Shown in pieces: positions 8,856 to 39,638 of a stretch of 64,000 bases of DNA (its first letter is position 1; each line of letters opens with the position of its first letter). Made by a program: the position numbers and the translations under genes. Source of the DNA: Macrostomum lignano (taxonomy: Eukaryota); contig NIVC01001301.1 of the NCBI GenBank assembly GCA_002269645.1, positions 1 to 64,000 of the forward strand, in the 5' to 3' direction. The notes beneath the pieces were generated by a model. That model searched no databases. It was not told where the DNA came from and worked only from the letters and a program-made list of their open reading frames with translations.

Positions 8856-10883
8856 TCAGGCCTCCTCGGAGTCACCTGTCAGAGGAATGACAAAAAAATG
8901 GCTTGCTGGATCCCTGTCCGCTCCAGCAAGATTGGCAAGCAGATTCGCAGGCAAAATCCAGCACTTTCGCTCAGGTGTGCCAGTTAGAACACCAGATGTC
9001 ATCCTGTACAAGCCGATTCCCAGACGCAAAGATGGATATGGGTTGGCGTAGATGTTGTCAACTGGGTGTAAAATCCTGCCAGTGACTTGATTAGCTTCAC
9101 TTACAGCTTCGATTAGGACGCATACTTTGTCGATTATGCAACAATTATCACCTCGCTTTGTGCTGAATTTCAACGGTGGAATTCGCTGCTCATTCAACAG
9201 AAGATCGCGAACTCTGAGCACCTGCTTAACTGAATGCGCTGCCATGTGCCTTGTCACCTTTACGCGGCGCTTTACAGATCCAAGAAAGTTTTCGAAAGGG
9301 AAAGTCGAAAAGTTGTTTAAACTGCCTAGCTTTCGGACAAACTCATCCAAATGAAGAATAGTGTGAAGATTGAAACTTATAAACTTCTGGCCGTAAAGGT
9401 GGGCAGCCCGTTCAACAAAAACTTCAATGCAAGTTTTTGCCTGCGTCCACCACTTGGAGTACCTTTCGTTGGAGTATGCGTAAATGGCGAAATGGAGGTA
9501 AAGAAAGTGGTTATACCTTTCTTCATTTAAAATGCCTTTGAAGAGGACAGGTCCTAGGTACAGCAAGTACTGTCTGAATTCAGTAGCCTTCATGTGCTTC
9601 AGTTCCAAGTCGATTTTCCGGGGTCTTCGTTGAAAGTTTGAAGGTGTCCAACCGGCAGCCATAGTAATTCGGTCGCCCAATAGGCTCATCGGACCGGGAT
9701 AGACGAGACACTTCTTGCCATTAGATTTGTCGAAAAATAGGTAAAATAGCTTCCTTGTGACTCCAAGGCATACGGCATGCTGGTAGTCAGGGGGAAAAGC
9801 ATCGACAAAACTAATGTTAGGCAAATTTAGAAGGGGCGATAGAGCGATTTTTTTATTTTCCTGGTTAGACTCCTTTCCCTCTCGGTATTGTTGGCTGCTA
9901 CGAGACTCCCCGACGCTCGTTGAAAATGTTACTCTGTTGTCGGTATAAGGTCCAGTAGCCCTGCAGTACATGCAACCGACGTACGACATGTGCCCTTGAG
10001 TTACTGAGACCCAGGCTCGAGCAGGCGCATCGCAAACAAATCGGATAGTCGAGAAGCTGATGCTTAAATTTTCGATAATTTTTATTGGACCCGTAAGAAA
10101 ACGTTTAGCCTCGTCGCAAAATTGTCGAAGATAATCATTCAGAGGTGGCTTGCCACAACCAGCCCATACGGCTACTGGAAAAGGTCTGCTGAATATGCTG
10201 GGAATAGACATAAGTATGGGCCAAAGACCGAAGTGGCTTGCTCGGTACAAAGGCAAGCCGTCAAAATTAACGATGGCTTCAATTTTGTAAACCTTCTCAG
10301 TTTCACTATCGTGTTGTAGATATTCTGGCTTCATGTGCAGCTGGTTTTTGCGAAACATTAGTTCTAGATTTTTCAGAATCGAAATGTAGCGAAAATGGCC
10401 TTTTCCCATGGGCTCCAATTTTTCCGTTGGATCGCCAGCATTGATGACGGCCTCAATAGAGTTGACAGACTTCGGCGCAGGCAAGCCTATGTCTCTTAGA
10501 CCATCAACAAGGAATTTTTTAGATCCACGACTTAGGTTGAAACAAGAAAAGTAGACTACCAGCAAGGCGAATATTTTATCTTCTAAAGAGCGGTCATCCT
10601 CTTTCTTGTCAATCTCCTCATCTTCATCGCTGCAAACTCGCGCGAACTCGTCAAAATCAGGATAGCTGCCATTGTCGTTGTCAAGATCTGGATCCGTACC
10701 TTCATTGACTTCTGCTACAGAGGACTCCGAAGCGATGAAACCGGCGACTCTCCCAGAATCATCTGCTTCGAATACTTTTCTTTTTTTCTCTTGCAGTGCG
10801 ATGTCTTCCAAAGCTTCTTGTTCTCCTTCCATGAACAAGCCCAGCAAATCCTTATTTGCTTGTCGCCTCAATTGCCTTGTCAT
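8856..10883 (-). CDS. CACTA/EnSpm (CMC)-type DDE transposase, 675 aa, single exon, intact
   Basis: Motifs NFDGLPLY..GLWPIL, FVCDAPARAW..GH..Y.GC.YC, FPPDYQHAVCLG, KATEFRQYLLYLGP, FNLHTILHL and STFPFENFLG give the D, D, H and E arrangement typical of animal EnSpm-like transposases. Confidence 0.9.
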   Translation of the reverse strand: MTRQLRRQANKDLLGLFMEGEQEALEDIALQEKKRKVFEADDSGRVAGFIASESSVAEVNEGTDPDLDNDNGSYPDFDEFARVCSDEDEEIDKKEDDRSLEDKIFALLVVYFSCFNLSRGSKKFLVDGLRDIGLPAPKSVNSIEAVINAGDPTEKLEPMGKGHFRYISILKNLELMFRKNQLHMKPEYLQHDSETEKVYKIEAIVNFDGLPLYRASHFGLWPILMSIPSIFSRPFPVAVWAGCGKPPLNDYLRQFCDEAKRFLTGPIKIIENLSISFSTIRFVCDAPARAWVSVTQGHMSYVGCMYCRATGPYTDNRVTFSTSVGESRSSQQYREGKESNQENKKIALSPLLNLPNISFVDAFPPDYQHAVCLGVTRKLFYLFFDKSNGKKCLVYPGPMSLLGDRITMAAGWTPSNFQRRPRKIDLELKHMKATEFRQYLLYLGPVLFKGILNEERYNHFLYLHFAIYAYSNERYSKWWTQAKTCIEVFVERAAHLYGQKFISFNLHTILHLDEFVRKLGSLNNFSTFPFENFLGSVKRRVKVTRHMAAHSVKQVLRVRDLLLNEQRIPPLKFSTKRGDNCCIIDKVCVLIEAVSEANQVTGRILHPVDNIYANPYPSLRLGIGLYRMTSGVLTGTPERKCWILPANLLANLAGADRDPASHFFVIPLTGDSEEA

Positions 10884-11247
10884 TGTTTTCGTCCGAATCA
10901 GACTTTGATGATAGTTGACTGTTGTAATAATAATAAAGTAATTACTACGATTGCTTATTTCGTATTAAAGAAAGGATATGAACAAAAGCTGGGAAGAATT
11001 GAAAACTATTCCTTTGGGGGTTTGTGCGCGCTGATTGGACAGGTATGGATGCGGGGACGGTAGGGCCAATGAAATTGGAAAAGCCAGGGCGGCCTTTTTC
11101 ATTCGAAGAACTATAGAAGACAATTGCTTCTAGAAGCAACCTAAACCACTGAATCATTAAATAAGCATAAACTATAGTGTGAGCTCCAAACTCTTGCTTT
11201 ATTTGGTACTCAGTTTTGCACTAGCATAGTCTAGTCTGCATGCTACA

Positions 11248-14209
11248 ATGAAGTTTTTAGTGATCTTTAAAGACGACCGTCAAATTGTTGAGGTCTCGGA
11301 AAGCGAAGTGAAGCTTCCTGAAGGCTTTCAAAACCTTAAGGAAGAGGAATGGTTAGAAAAGAGGGACTCCACTGAGAAGTGGAAGTGTGAAGCCTTGTAT
11401 GAAGGCTGTTTTTACTCTGCTCTAATTATTCAGGTAAGCAACCGATCCCAACGATTGAAATGTTAAAATTCTTGAATCGATCTAATATTTGTACGCTCAT
11501 ATTTTCTCATTAATTTAAAGGTAATACTAAGCAACAACCTAGAGCCTGGGAGCTTCCGCTTTGTGCGTGAATTGGTGGCCAAAAAGACCCGACTGAACCG
11601 AATTCTCGAGTTGGTTCAACCCAGAGTCTTTCAGGAGCGTGACATGAAGAAAGCACGAAGGCATTACCAGACTAAGGTAAAATTAAGCACAGCCCATATA
11701 ATTTTTATCGAGAACTTTGTTTTCTCCGTTTTACCTTTTAAACTATTTTTTAAGAAAAGGGAAGAAATTAAATGTGAAAATAATCTTTAAAACTGACATT
11801 AACTTGATAATTTCTCATGCCGTAACCATCCCAAACAGAATCTGTCAGACGGCTCAGCCACCGATTCCGAGGCAATCTTCGAAGATAAGAGCAGCCGCTG
11901 TTTGCAACCTCCAGCTTTGCTGCCTAAACAACATCCGCCTACGATTGCACAGTTAGCGCCAATGCCTCCTATTAGTGATGATGAAGCAGAAGCTGGCGTA
12001 GACGCCGATATGGAAGCTGAGGCGGAAGCTGAGGCGGAAGCTGAAGTGGAAGCTGAGGCGGAAGCTGAAGTGGAAGCTGAGGCGGAAGCTGAAGCGGAAG
12101 ATGAGGTGGAAGCTGAGATCGGAGCTGAGGTGGAAGCTGAGATGGGAGCTGAGGCGGAAGCTGAGGCGGAAGCTGAGGTGGAAGCTGAGATGGGAGCTGA
12201 GGTGGAAGCTGAGGCGGAAGCTGAAATAGAAGCTGAGTTCGTAGCAGATGATCGATCGACGATTCCTAAGTCGCCTCCCACCATTTCATCTTTTAATTTT
12301 GGTTCTGGCTTTCTTAGAAAACTAGAAGAGCAGATCCAAGCCGGTGTTAGCTTTGAGCTGGAAAGTCCAAGAGGCATCAAGTTTCTGTCCTTATATGCCC
12401 TACGCGAACTTACTATGCGCAAGAATGAATTGAAAGCATTAGAAAATAGTTTGACCAAACAAATCACCGCAATGCGCACTGAAGTGCAGAGCGTGCTACG
12501 CTTTTTGGAACCTGTTGGCGCTGACATTCCAACTGATAATTCTGAGCCTTCATTCTGGCCGATCAACTCCTGGGAAAAATATGTGCAATTCGCTTCCAGT
12601 CCAAATGAACATATTTCTACTTTGGTAAGTTCATGACAGAGTTTTTTATTTTCTTTTCATTAGAAGAAATGCTCTAACTACTACTCAAAGCGCACTAGTA
12701 CTATCACTGAAATAATAATCTATAAGTATTCTCACCTGTAAAAATCTAAACAGAAGAGCCTGCTACGTTCATGCAAGCGAGACAAGTGGTCCGATGCTTT
12801 AATGGCAATGCTTAACGAGAGCTTGTCGAAAGAGATGCAGGCGGTTATTAATTTAATCGGGTCAGACATGCGAAGCCGAGCTGTTGCTGCTGGAGTTGCG
12901 ACCAACCTTACTGATGCGCAGCTTGGATTTCAGAGCACTCTGCTCAGCCATTTCCAAAGTAAGTCTACTTAATCAACGTTCAATGAGACTTTTAGAGCTA
13001 AATATCAAGAAATTAGTCGAGCACAGTGCATGCTATTCATAGTAACTTTCAACTTTTTTCCTAACAGAAGCAATCACATTCATCTATGGCGCGACCGCTG
13101 AAGCCGGCAGGCCCTCTGAACAATCTGTAAGAAATACTTGCAGACAGCAGCTAAAGCATGGCGGTGACCGATTAAAGGGGCGGTCGCATCGCACAGGAAG
13201 CCAGCTGCTTTCCGGAGTCCAGACTCAAAGCCCCGCTTCTGACAGCGCCGTACAAAGACAGTCTCTGGTGGCAGCGACTCCAAGCCCCGCTTCTGGCAGC
13301 GCCGTACAAAGACAGTCTCTGGTGGCAGCGACTCAAAGTCCCGCTTCTGGCAGCGCCGTACAAAGACAGTCTCTGGTGGCAGCGACTCCAAGCCCCGCTT
13401 CTGGCAGCGCCGTACAAAGACAGTCTCTGGTGGCAGCGACTCCAAGCCCCGCTTCTGGCAGCGCCGTACAAAGACAGTCTCTGGTGGCAGCGACTCAAAG
13501 TCCCGCTTCTGGCAGCGCCGTACAAAGACAGTCTCTGGTGGCAGCGACTCCAAGCCCCGCTTCTGGCAGCGCCGTAAAAAGACAGTCTCTGGTGGCAGCG
13601 ACTCCAAGCCCCGCTTCTGGCAGCGCCGTGCAAAGACGGTCTTTGGTGGCAGCGACTCAAAGTCCCGCTTCTGGCAGCGCTGTGCAAAGACGATCTCTGG
13701 TGGCAGCGACTCAAAGTCCCGCTTCTGGCAGCGCCGTGCAAAGACGGTCTTTGGTGGCAGCGACTCAAAGTCCCGCTTCTGGCAGCGCCGTGCAAAGACA
13801 CAGCCATTCATCTTCTTTTTCCCTAGTGAGTAAAAACGTATCTAAACTGAATAATGAACGATGAATACTATGATTGCTAAGCATTAAATACTACTATCAG
13901 TAAGATAAAATGTGCATGCAGTAATTTTTTGTTTTCTTTCCAATGTCACAGACACCATCGCGACTATCAGCGGGAGAAGTGCCGCCAGCGGCGACAGCAA
14001 AGCCGAGCTCCCAATCCAGAAAGCGAGCGAGTATTCAGTTGGATTCTCAGCCTCGAAAGCGGAACAACCATCGCCCCCGTTCAGCAAAGTCAAAAACCAA
14101 CTACCGCACTGACTGCTCTCTCGAATCTGATGACGAAACCGAATCAAGTGGATCAAACTGGTCCGAAGATCAGCGAGAGCTGGATGATGGACAATTTAAA
14201 ATCTTCTAA
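11248..14209 (+). CDS. Transposon accessory protein with BEN/DUF4806-like helical domain, acidic EAE repeat and coding VNTR; 6 exons
   Basis: Phase-consistent GT-AG exons 11248-11433, 11521-11676, 11839-12624, 12754-12958, 13068-13825, 13952-14209. Contains a coiled-coil ([22 protein letters not shown]), then [11 protein letters not shown]...INLIG and [23 protein letters not shown], resembling the DUF4806/BEN C-terminal (W)L.HA.DR motif. Domain name is by recall, not by search. Confidence 0.7.
13220..13800 (+). repeat. 54-bp in-frame coding repeat ([18 protein letters not shown]) x ~10.7
   Basis: Period 54 (GTCTCT at 13261, 13315, ...); lies within exon 5 of the accessory gene. Confidence 0.92.
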
Positions 14210-14972
14210 TTATGAGAGCACGTATTTTACGAGTAAATGCTGTCAAAATGATTTTAAAACTGACATTCTTTCAACACCTTTGTTGCCAAAAACTTAACTA
14301 TTTTTCGTTCTAATATTGTGTTTTAATATCAGTTCCATTTAACTTCGCTAAATAAATTCAAATTTCATTACATTTAAGTTTCTTATTCGATTTCATTCAT
14401 AGACTCAAACTAATTTTCTAAAGAACTGCAAAAAAATTTACAAAAGGCAAACTTCGTAAGCAGGTAGCAGCAAGGTTGTTTAAATTTATAATGGAAGAGA
14501 CAATTGCTTAAAAAAATCAGATAGCTCTGAAAATTATTTGGAAATAAATTCAATTTTGAAACAACCAGAAAGCTAGGCTGCTGCCAGAGCAAAATATATC
14601 AGTAAAAGCCCTGCATACTACTGTTAGTAGAGTAAACCAATTCTTGCCTTAATTTATTGGGCAGTCCACCGGGCGCCGGGTATAAGGCCGGCGCCCCGAC
14701 TGGACAAAGAGTGCGCCCCGCTACCGGCCACAGGCCACCGGGCGCCGCGGTCTGCGCACCCTTGGGCGTACCAGAATTTCCCACTGGGTATATTAATGCC
14801 AGACTTTTCTGCATATTAAATAGAAATTTGTTTGAATTATTAACTAATGAACGTTTTAGGTATATTTAAATTAGTGCGTCTCTGCTAAGTCGCCGGGATA
14901 ACTAGTGCACGCAAGAACCAGAAAAAAATATAATTTCAGGTTAAAAACGCAAAAAATCCCGTTAGACTGAAT

Positions 14973-34146
<19,174 letters not shown>

Positions 34147-35577
34147 CAACAACCTGTAGCCGAACCGGTCCCTAGGCCGACTTGCTCCTCCCTCTACTCA
34201 ACGTGCTTGACTGGCTAACTCGCCGTCACAACTATACTACGAGACTAAGAATATTCCACTAAAACATTCGGAACACTCGGAACGCTCTTCCGTTCGTCAG
34301 TACGGAAAAGGAGATAGTTGAACTTCTGCGTGTCTGAATGTGTACGAATGTGACCCACATTAGCCACTGATATGCGGGAATAGGAGAAAGATTTTTGTCC
34401 AAAAGTTATAAGAGCCTGACGTTACGCTCATGTTTATGCTCACACAGCACAAAAACAAAATGACAGCTGAAATGCATTTGTAACGCATCAAAAGCGACAA
34501 TAATGAAATTATAACAAATACATAACAAATACATATATATCTATCGGTCAAAAACAGGTCTTAAAATTTATCTATAGATATACATAGAAGATACTAGTGC
34601 GTACGAAACTAATGTGATAAACGTCCTGCTTAAAGCCTCATCTCTTACTAACGTACATTTATCAAAGTACTTTCACATGGTAAACTGTGTTATCGTGATT
34701 ATATAGTAAAAAAATATAATATTTAATAATCATCGATAAACGACTCATTTAATCGACATCTTTAATCGAAACCTGTTCCAAACCTGTTCCTAAAACCGAT
34801 CTTTTACAAAAAAGGCAAAATTGCTCATCAATCGTAATAAATATTGTTTTATTAGTACAAGAATCGTTTTACATATATCGATCACAGTGAAGTAACAGCT
34901 TAAGTATCATATCACACATAGGTCACGGTCACGTACGACTGACTCGACAAGTTACTAAAAAATAAGGATAAAGTCTTGAATTATTTCATTAAATATACAA
35001 AAGTGTCAAAATCTTACAAAGAATTGTTCTTAAAGTTCAATGTTCTTGAGCACTACTTTGAACGTGCCCTCGTTATCAAAAATAGTGAAAGTAAAAATAA
35101 CATTTTATGTTATAAAGTTTAAAAATTAATGATTGTACACAATTTGTTAAGAAAAATTACGAAAATCTTTATCACATTTATTAGAAAGAGTTGAAAATAA
35201 TTACTTGGTACAAAGTTTATTTTAGACTCGGCAAAATGTTTTGCTTTAGCGATCAAAAATGATCGACACCAAAAATGCTTTCAATTTGCCTTTTATAAAC
35301 TTTTATACTTAAGTGCCTGAAGCCGCTTTCTTAAGTTTTGATTAAGAATATTAATACTATACCTGCGCACTATCATAAACTTTTATACGATTTAAACTTC
35401 TATAAGATTAAGATTTTAATACTAATTAGCGACGTGATCAAATATATAATGAACACTAAAACAGAACTGAGATTCTCATGTTGGTTGTGATGTTATTTTT
35501 ATCCGGCGTTTTTATTCAGTAAATTTGGTATTATTATATATTTTTTACTTTCAGAAGTCGCGTTATTAATAACTTTT

Positions 35578-35815
<238 letters not shown>

Positions 35816-37559
35816 CACCACACCAGTGATAGTGTTGTTTAAATGTAATCAGCTTCTATGTCATTATTTTTAAGGACTGAGGTTCGTCGTCGACCGTCAC
35901 GTGGACTCAAGGCCTGAGATGGTCGGCGGTAGGGACCTGTCAAATTCGCGGTCTGTCTGGTCCATCCGGGACCGGCCACCTAGCAGCTTGCCCGGTTGTA
36001 GCCGCCCTAGTGGCACGGTCTGTCTTAGCTGGTCGCCCGGCGTCGCCCCCGTGGCAACCGTGAGCGCTCGGTTCGCTGCGACGTGAAGCTGTCGGCGGGT
36101 AAGTTGCAGCGGTAGCCGGTCCATCTCGTCTAGCGGCCCGTCCATCGACGCCCTGTCCTGAGGCTATCGCTACTCATGCCGCATCAATAGCCGTTCCACT
36201 CGGGACATCGACCGCCGGTCTAACAGGACCGTGGTTCACCGGCCGGCTAGCTACATTTTAGCGGGTGGTCGCTTACCCAGCTACGGTTGGGCCGTCTCAG
36301 CTTCCGGCTCGCCGTCAGCCATCACTTTGTGCAGGTGGTTGAAGTCGTGCGCTGAAAAGTTAGCAAGCTGCTTGCGGAGCTGCCTCAGCTCTGCCCCTAG
36401 CCCGGTCTGGCCGTCGCCCACCATCTCGCGCATCGGAGCGAACTACTCGACCGCCCGGTCGACGAGCAACCGGAGGAGCATTCGGTAAGCGCTTACCTTT
36501 AGACACATCCCCAAAGCCGAGCCTTCTCCGCAAATAAACGGGTTCAGGTTTAAGAGACCTATCATACTTACTTCGATGACGACGAGTAAAAATGTCCGAC
36601 GACTTTCGAGTAAAGATATAAAAGATGTATTCGCGCGGCGCGACACAACAGTTGTTCATGGGACCTCTGACTCTCCACTGTCTCACCCCCCATCTCTCTG
36701 TCTTCTGTCTCGCTTGTCTCTCTTCTTCGACACGCTGACTTACCCTCTGTTTTGTGCCGATCAATTAGTCTTTTATCCTTGCCGCTCCGCTCCGCGTCAG
36801 TCATCGGTCGATTTTCCGGTAAGTTCACATGCTCGCATGTGAATAAAAATGCGTGCATGAGCGGAAAATGAGCTCGCTGCATAGTGACATCGATATAGTA
36901 TGCGTCGCAAAAATACGTGCAAAAAAGCGGCCGAAACCAGCTAATCGCAATTAAACTGATTAATATAGCAACGGATACCCTTAAGCGATACCTAATACCC
37001 TCATGAGCTTGCCTCGTTGGTGCATATTCTGGCGACTGTCTACGTACATCTGTCGATGCGAGTAAAAAGTTGAGTGCGAACTAGGATTTTATGTCTCTAA
37101 TTTTCCATGAAAACTAATTTAAAATTAAAAATTTCATTCATGCCTACTAGCTGTAACAAGTACCGCGAAAAGAAATTATATGTGCCAATAAAACACGAAC
37201 TCAAATAATTTTTGAAAGTTACAAGTTAAATTATTACCAAATATACCAAATATACCAAATATACCAAACACCAAATTTTTATGCTGCTATAATACCCCTT
37301 TATTCAAAAGTAAATAGTTATTCACCGTTACTCGTACGCGTACGAGCCCCGTATTATTTGGATTGGATTAATTGAAATCCAAGTTCACAGCTGCTACAAA
37401 CGCATTTGTAAGCATTTATGGGTGAGCATTACACTGCAGTGCAAAGTTAGTAAAATTAATTACATTTTTCGGGAAAACGTTTACGGAAACTAATAGTAAT
37501 TGCTGATATTATACTTTGCAACTGTTGGGGTCTGAAGACATTGCTTGTTTTGCACATTG

Positions 37560-39630
37560 TTGTTGTGTTTGCATCGGTTGTTCAGTAGCTGATGCTTGCG
37601 CATTGGTTGCTGATCAGTAGCTGATGTTGATGCATCGGTTGTTGATCAGTGCCTGATGTTGGTGCATCGGTTGTTGATCAGTAGCTGATTTTGGTGCATC
37701 GGTTGTTGATCAGTAGCTGATGTTGGTGCACCGGTTGTTGATCAGTAGCTGATGTTGGTGCATCGGTTGTTGATCAGTAGCTGATGTTGGTGCACCGGTT
37801 TTTGATCAGTAGCTGATGTTGGTGCACCGGTTGTTGATCAGTAGCTGATGTTGGTGCATCGGTTGTTGATCAGTAGCTGATGTTGGTGCATCGGTTGTTG
37901 ATCAGTAGCTGATGTTGATGCATCGGTTGTTGATCAGTGCCTGATGTTGGTGCATCGGTTGTTGATCAGTAGCTGATTTTGGTGCATCGGTTGTTGATCA
38001 GTAGCTGATGTTGGTGCACCGGTTGTTGATCAGTGCCTGATGTTGGTGCACCGGTTGTTGATCAGTAGCTGATGTTGGTGCATCGGTTGTTGATCAGTAG
38101 CTGATGTTGGTGCACCGGTTGTTGATCAGTAGCTGATGTTGATGCATCGGTTGTTGATCAGTAGCTGATTTTGGTGCACCGGTTGTTGATCAGTGCCTGA
38201 TGTTGGTGCACCGGTTGTTGATCAGTGCCTGATGTTGGTGCACCGGCTGTTGATCAGTAGCTGATGTTGGTGCACCGGTTGTTGATCAGTAGCTGATGTT
38301 GATGCATCGGTTGTTGATCAGTAGCTGATGTTGGTGCACCGGTTGTTGATCAGTAGCTGATGTTGATGCATCGGTTGTTGATCAGTAGCTGATGTTGGTG
38401 CACCGGTTGTTGATCAGTGCCTGATGTTGGTGCACCGGCTGTTGATCAGTAGCTGATGTTGGTGCACCGGTTGTTGATCAGTAGCTGATGCTTGTGCATC
38501 GGTTGTTGATCAGTAGCTGATGTTGGTGCATCGGTTGTTGATCAGTAGCTGATGTTGATGCATCGGTTGTTGATCAGTAGCTGATGTTGGTGCACCGGTT
38601 GTTGATCAGTAGCTGATGTTGATGCATCGGTTGTTGATCAGTAGCTGATTTTGGTGCATCGGTTGTTGATCAGTAGCTGATGTTGGTGCACCGGTTGTTG
38701 ATCAGTGCCTGATGTTGGTGCACCGGCTGTTGATCAGTAGCTGATGTTGGTGCATCGGTTGTTGATCAGTAGCTGATGTTGGTGCATCGGTTGTTGATCA
38801 GTAGCTGATGTTGGTGCACCGGTTGTTGATCAGTAGCTGATGTTGATGCATCGGTTGTTGATCAGTAGCTGATGTTGGTGCATCGGTTGTTGATCAGTAG
38901 CTGATGTTGGTGCATCGGTTGTTGATCAGTAGCTGATGTTGGTGCATCGGTTGTTGATCAGTAGCTGATGTTGGTGCACCGGTTGTTGATCAGTGCCTGA
39001 TGTTGGTGCACCGGTTGTTGATCAGTAGCTGATGTTGGTGCATCGGTTGTTGATCAGTAGCTGATGTTGGTGCACCGGTTGTTGATCAGTAGCTGATGTT
39101 GATGCATCGGTTGTTGATCAGTAGCTGATGTTGGTGCATCGGTTGTTGATCAGTAGCTGATGTTGGTGCATCGGTTGTTGATCAGTAGCTGATGTTGGTG
39201 CATCGGTTGTTGATCAGTAGCTGATGTTGGTGCATCGGTTGTTGATCAGTAGCTGATGCTTGTGCATCGGTTGTTGATCAGTAGCTGATGTTGGTGCATC
39301 GGTTGTTGATCAGTAGCTGATGTTGGTGCATCGGTTGTTGATCAGTAGCTGATGCTTGTGCATCGGTTGTTGATCAGTAGCTGATGTTGATGCATCGGTT
39401 GTTGATCAGTAGCTGATGTTGGTGCATCGGTTGTTGATCAGTAGCTGATGTTGGTGCATCGGTTGTTGATCAGTAGCTGATGTTGGTGCATCGGTTGTTG
39501 ATCAGTAGCTGATGTTGGTGCATCGGTTGTTGATCAGTAGCTGATGCTTGTGCATCGGTTGTTGATCAGTAGCTGATATTGGTGCACCGGTTGTTGATCA
39601 GTAGCTGATGTTGGTGCACCGGTTGTTGAT
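37560..39630. repeat. 32-bp minisatellite (GATCAGTAGCTGATGTTGGTGCATCGGTTGTT) x ~64
   Basis: Direct reading; starts ~9 bp past the stop codon of the minus-strand secreted-protein gene. Confidence 0.95.
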
Positions 39631-39638
39631 CATATTTG

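Larger units (their letters stand above)
4222..14788. mobile_element. Full-length CACTA/EnSpm (CMC superfamily)-type DNA transposon, 10,567 bp
   Basis: Termini CCCAGTGG (4222) and CCACTGGG (14788), each flanked by TA (4220-4221, 14789-14790). GC-rich subterminal motifs GGGCGTACC / GGTACGCCC / GGCCGGCGCCCCG are shared by both ends. Encloses an intact transposase and a divergent accessory gene. Confidence 0.82.

Noticed and set aside
8749-9354. Plus-strand ORFs overlapping the transposase
   Set aside because: Antisense shadows of the 675-aa ORF with no recognisable motifs.
11799-13811. Minus-strand ASAS-rich and RRCQKR-repeat ORFs
   Set aside because: Antisense readings of the accessory gene's repeats; splice signals support the plus strand.
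4220-14790. Transib/RAG-like or Tc1/mariner assignment (TA duplication)
   Set aside because: No CAC/RSS-like ends or 5-bp TSD; the transposase motifs and size fit EnSpm/CMC, not DD34E/D Tc1/mariner.
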